From Isurus oxyrinchus (lineage: Eukaryota), in contig JANJGN010000008.1 of NCBI GenBank assembly GCA_026770705.1, positions 159,836,001-159,900,000 on the forward strand: a stretch of DNA of 64,000 bases, given 5' to 3'. The notes beneath the pieces were generated by a model. The model saw nothing but the letters and a program-made list of their open reading frames with translations, did no database searches and was not told where the DNA came from. The translations under genes were made by a program, and so were the position numbers. This document shows positions 63,562 to 64,000 of the stretch, one piece after another. Positions within the stretch are counted from its first letter, which is position 1. Every line of letters begins with the position of its first letter.

Positions 63562-64000
63562 GGGGCGGAATTTTCCCAATGGCGTGCGGGGGTGGGACCC
63601 ACACACTGATGCGTAAAATGATGCGCGGTGATGTCGGGCGTGTGTCCTGACATCACTGCGCATCATTTAGATTTTCAATTCAGCGGGCGCACAGTGCCCA
63701 CCCACTGAACTGTCAAAGGTCTATTAAGGCCATTTAAAAAGCCAATAAAGCAATTAACTGAGCTGTCTGTCCAACCTTAATGTTGGCGGGCAGGCAAAGA
63801 GCCCAGGGCGGCCTGCACATTTTTCATGGAACCTCATCCACAGGCGGGACGAGGTTTCATAAACGTTTTTAAAGTGTTTGAAAATTTTTTAATGCAATTA
63901 ATGAACATGTCCCAGCTCATGTGACGGTTTCACATGAAGGGACATGTCCTTAAAATTTTTTAACCTTTATTCAATGTTTTATAAGTGAAAGTAATATCCC
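63562..64000. mobile_element. Harbinger-type element terminus running off the window
   Basis: GGGGCGGAATTTTCC TIR-like start and CpG-rich subterminal inverted repeats. Confidence 0.65.

Overview
Eukaryotic, repeat-rich vertebrate DNA. The SINE/LINE/Penelope repertoire suggests a cartilaginous fish (shark); this is inference. One complete host gene could be assembled by hand: a six-exon, minus-strand CutA-family gene (CUTAL-like, 152 aa, 25575->6269, all GT-AG introns with matching phases). There is weaker evidence for an unrecognised plus-strand gene. The rest is mostly transposons: CR1/L2/Vingi-like LINE fragments, tRNA-derived SINEs, two hAT MITEs, Harbinger elements, Gypsy LTR elements and many Penelope-like element (PLE) insertions. 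The most striking pattern is ten independent two-armed, head-to-head PLE insertions of 72 bp to 3.4 kb. All have 12-16 bp target-site duplications and all have exactly one long (tailed) and one short 3' end. Nine carry minimal hammerhead-ribozyme motifs, mostly with a non-canonical CUG-U-NGA core. Also notable is a Gypsy element whose RT domain is replaced by a coiled-coil coding fragment. All alignments and translations were done by eye; no database searches were run.
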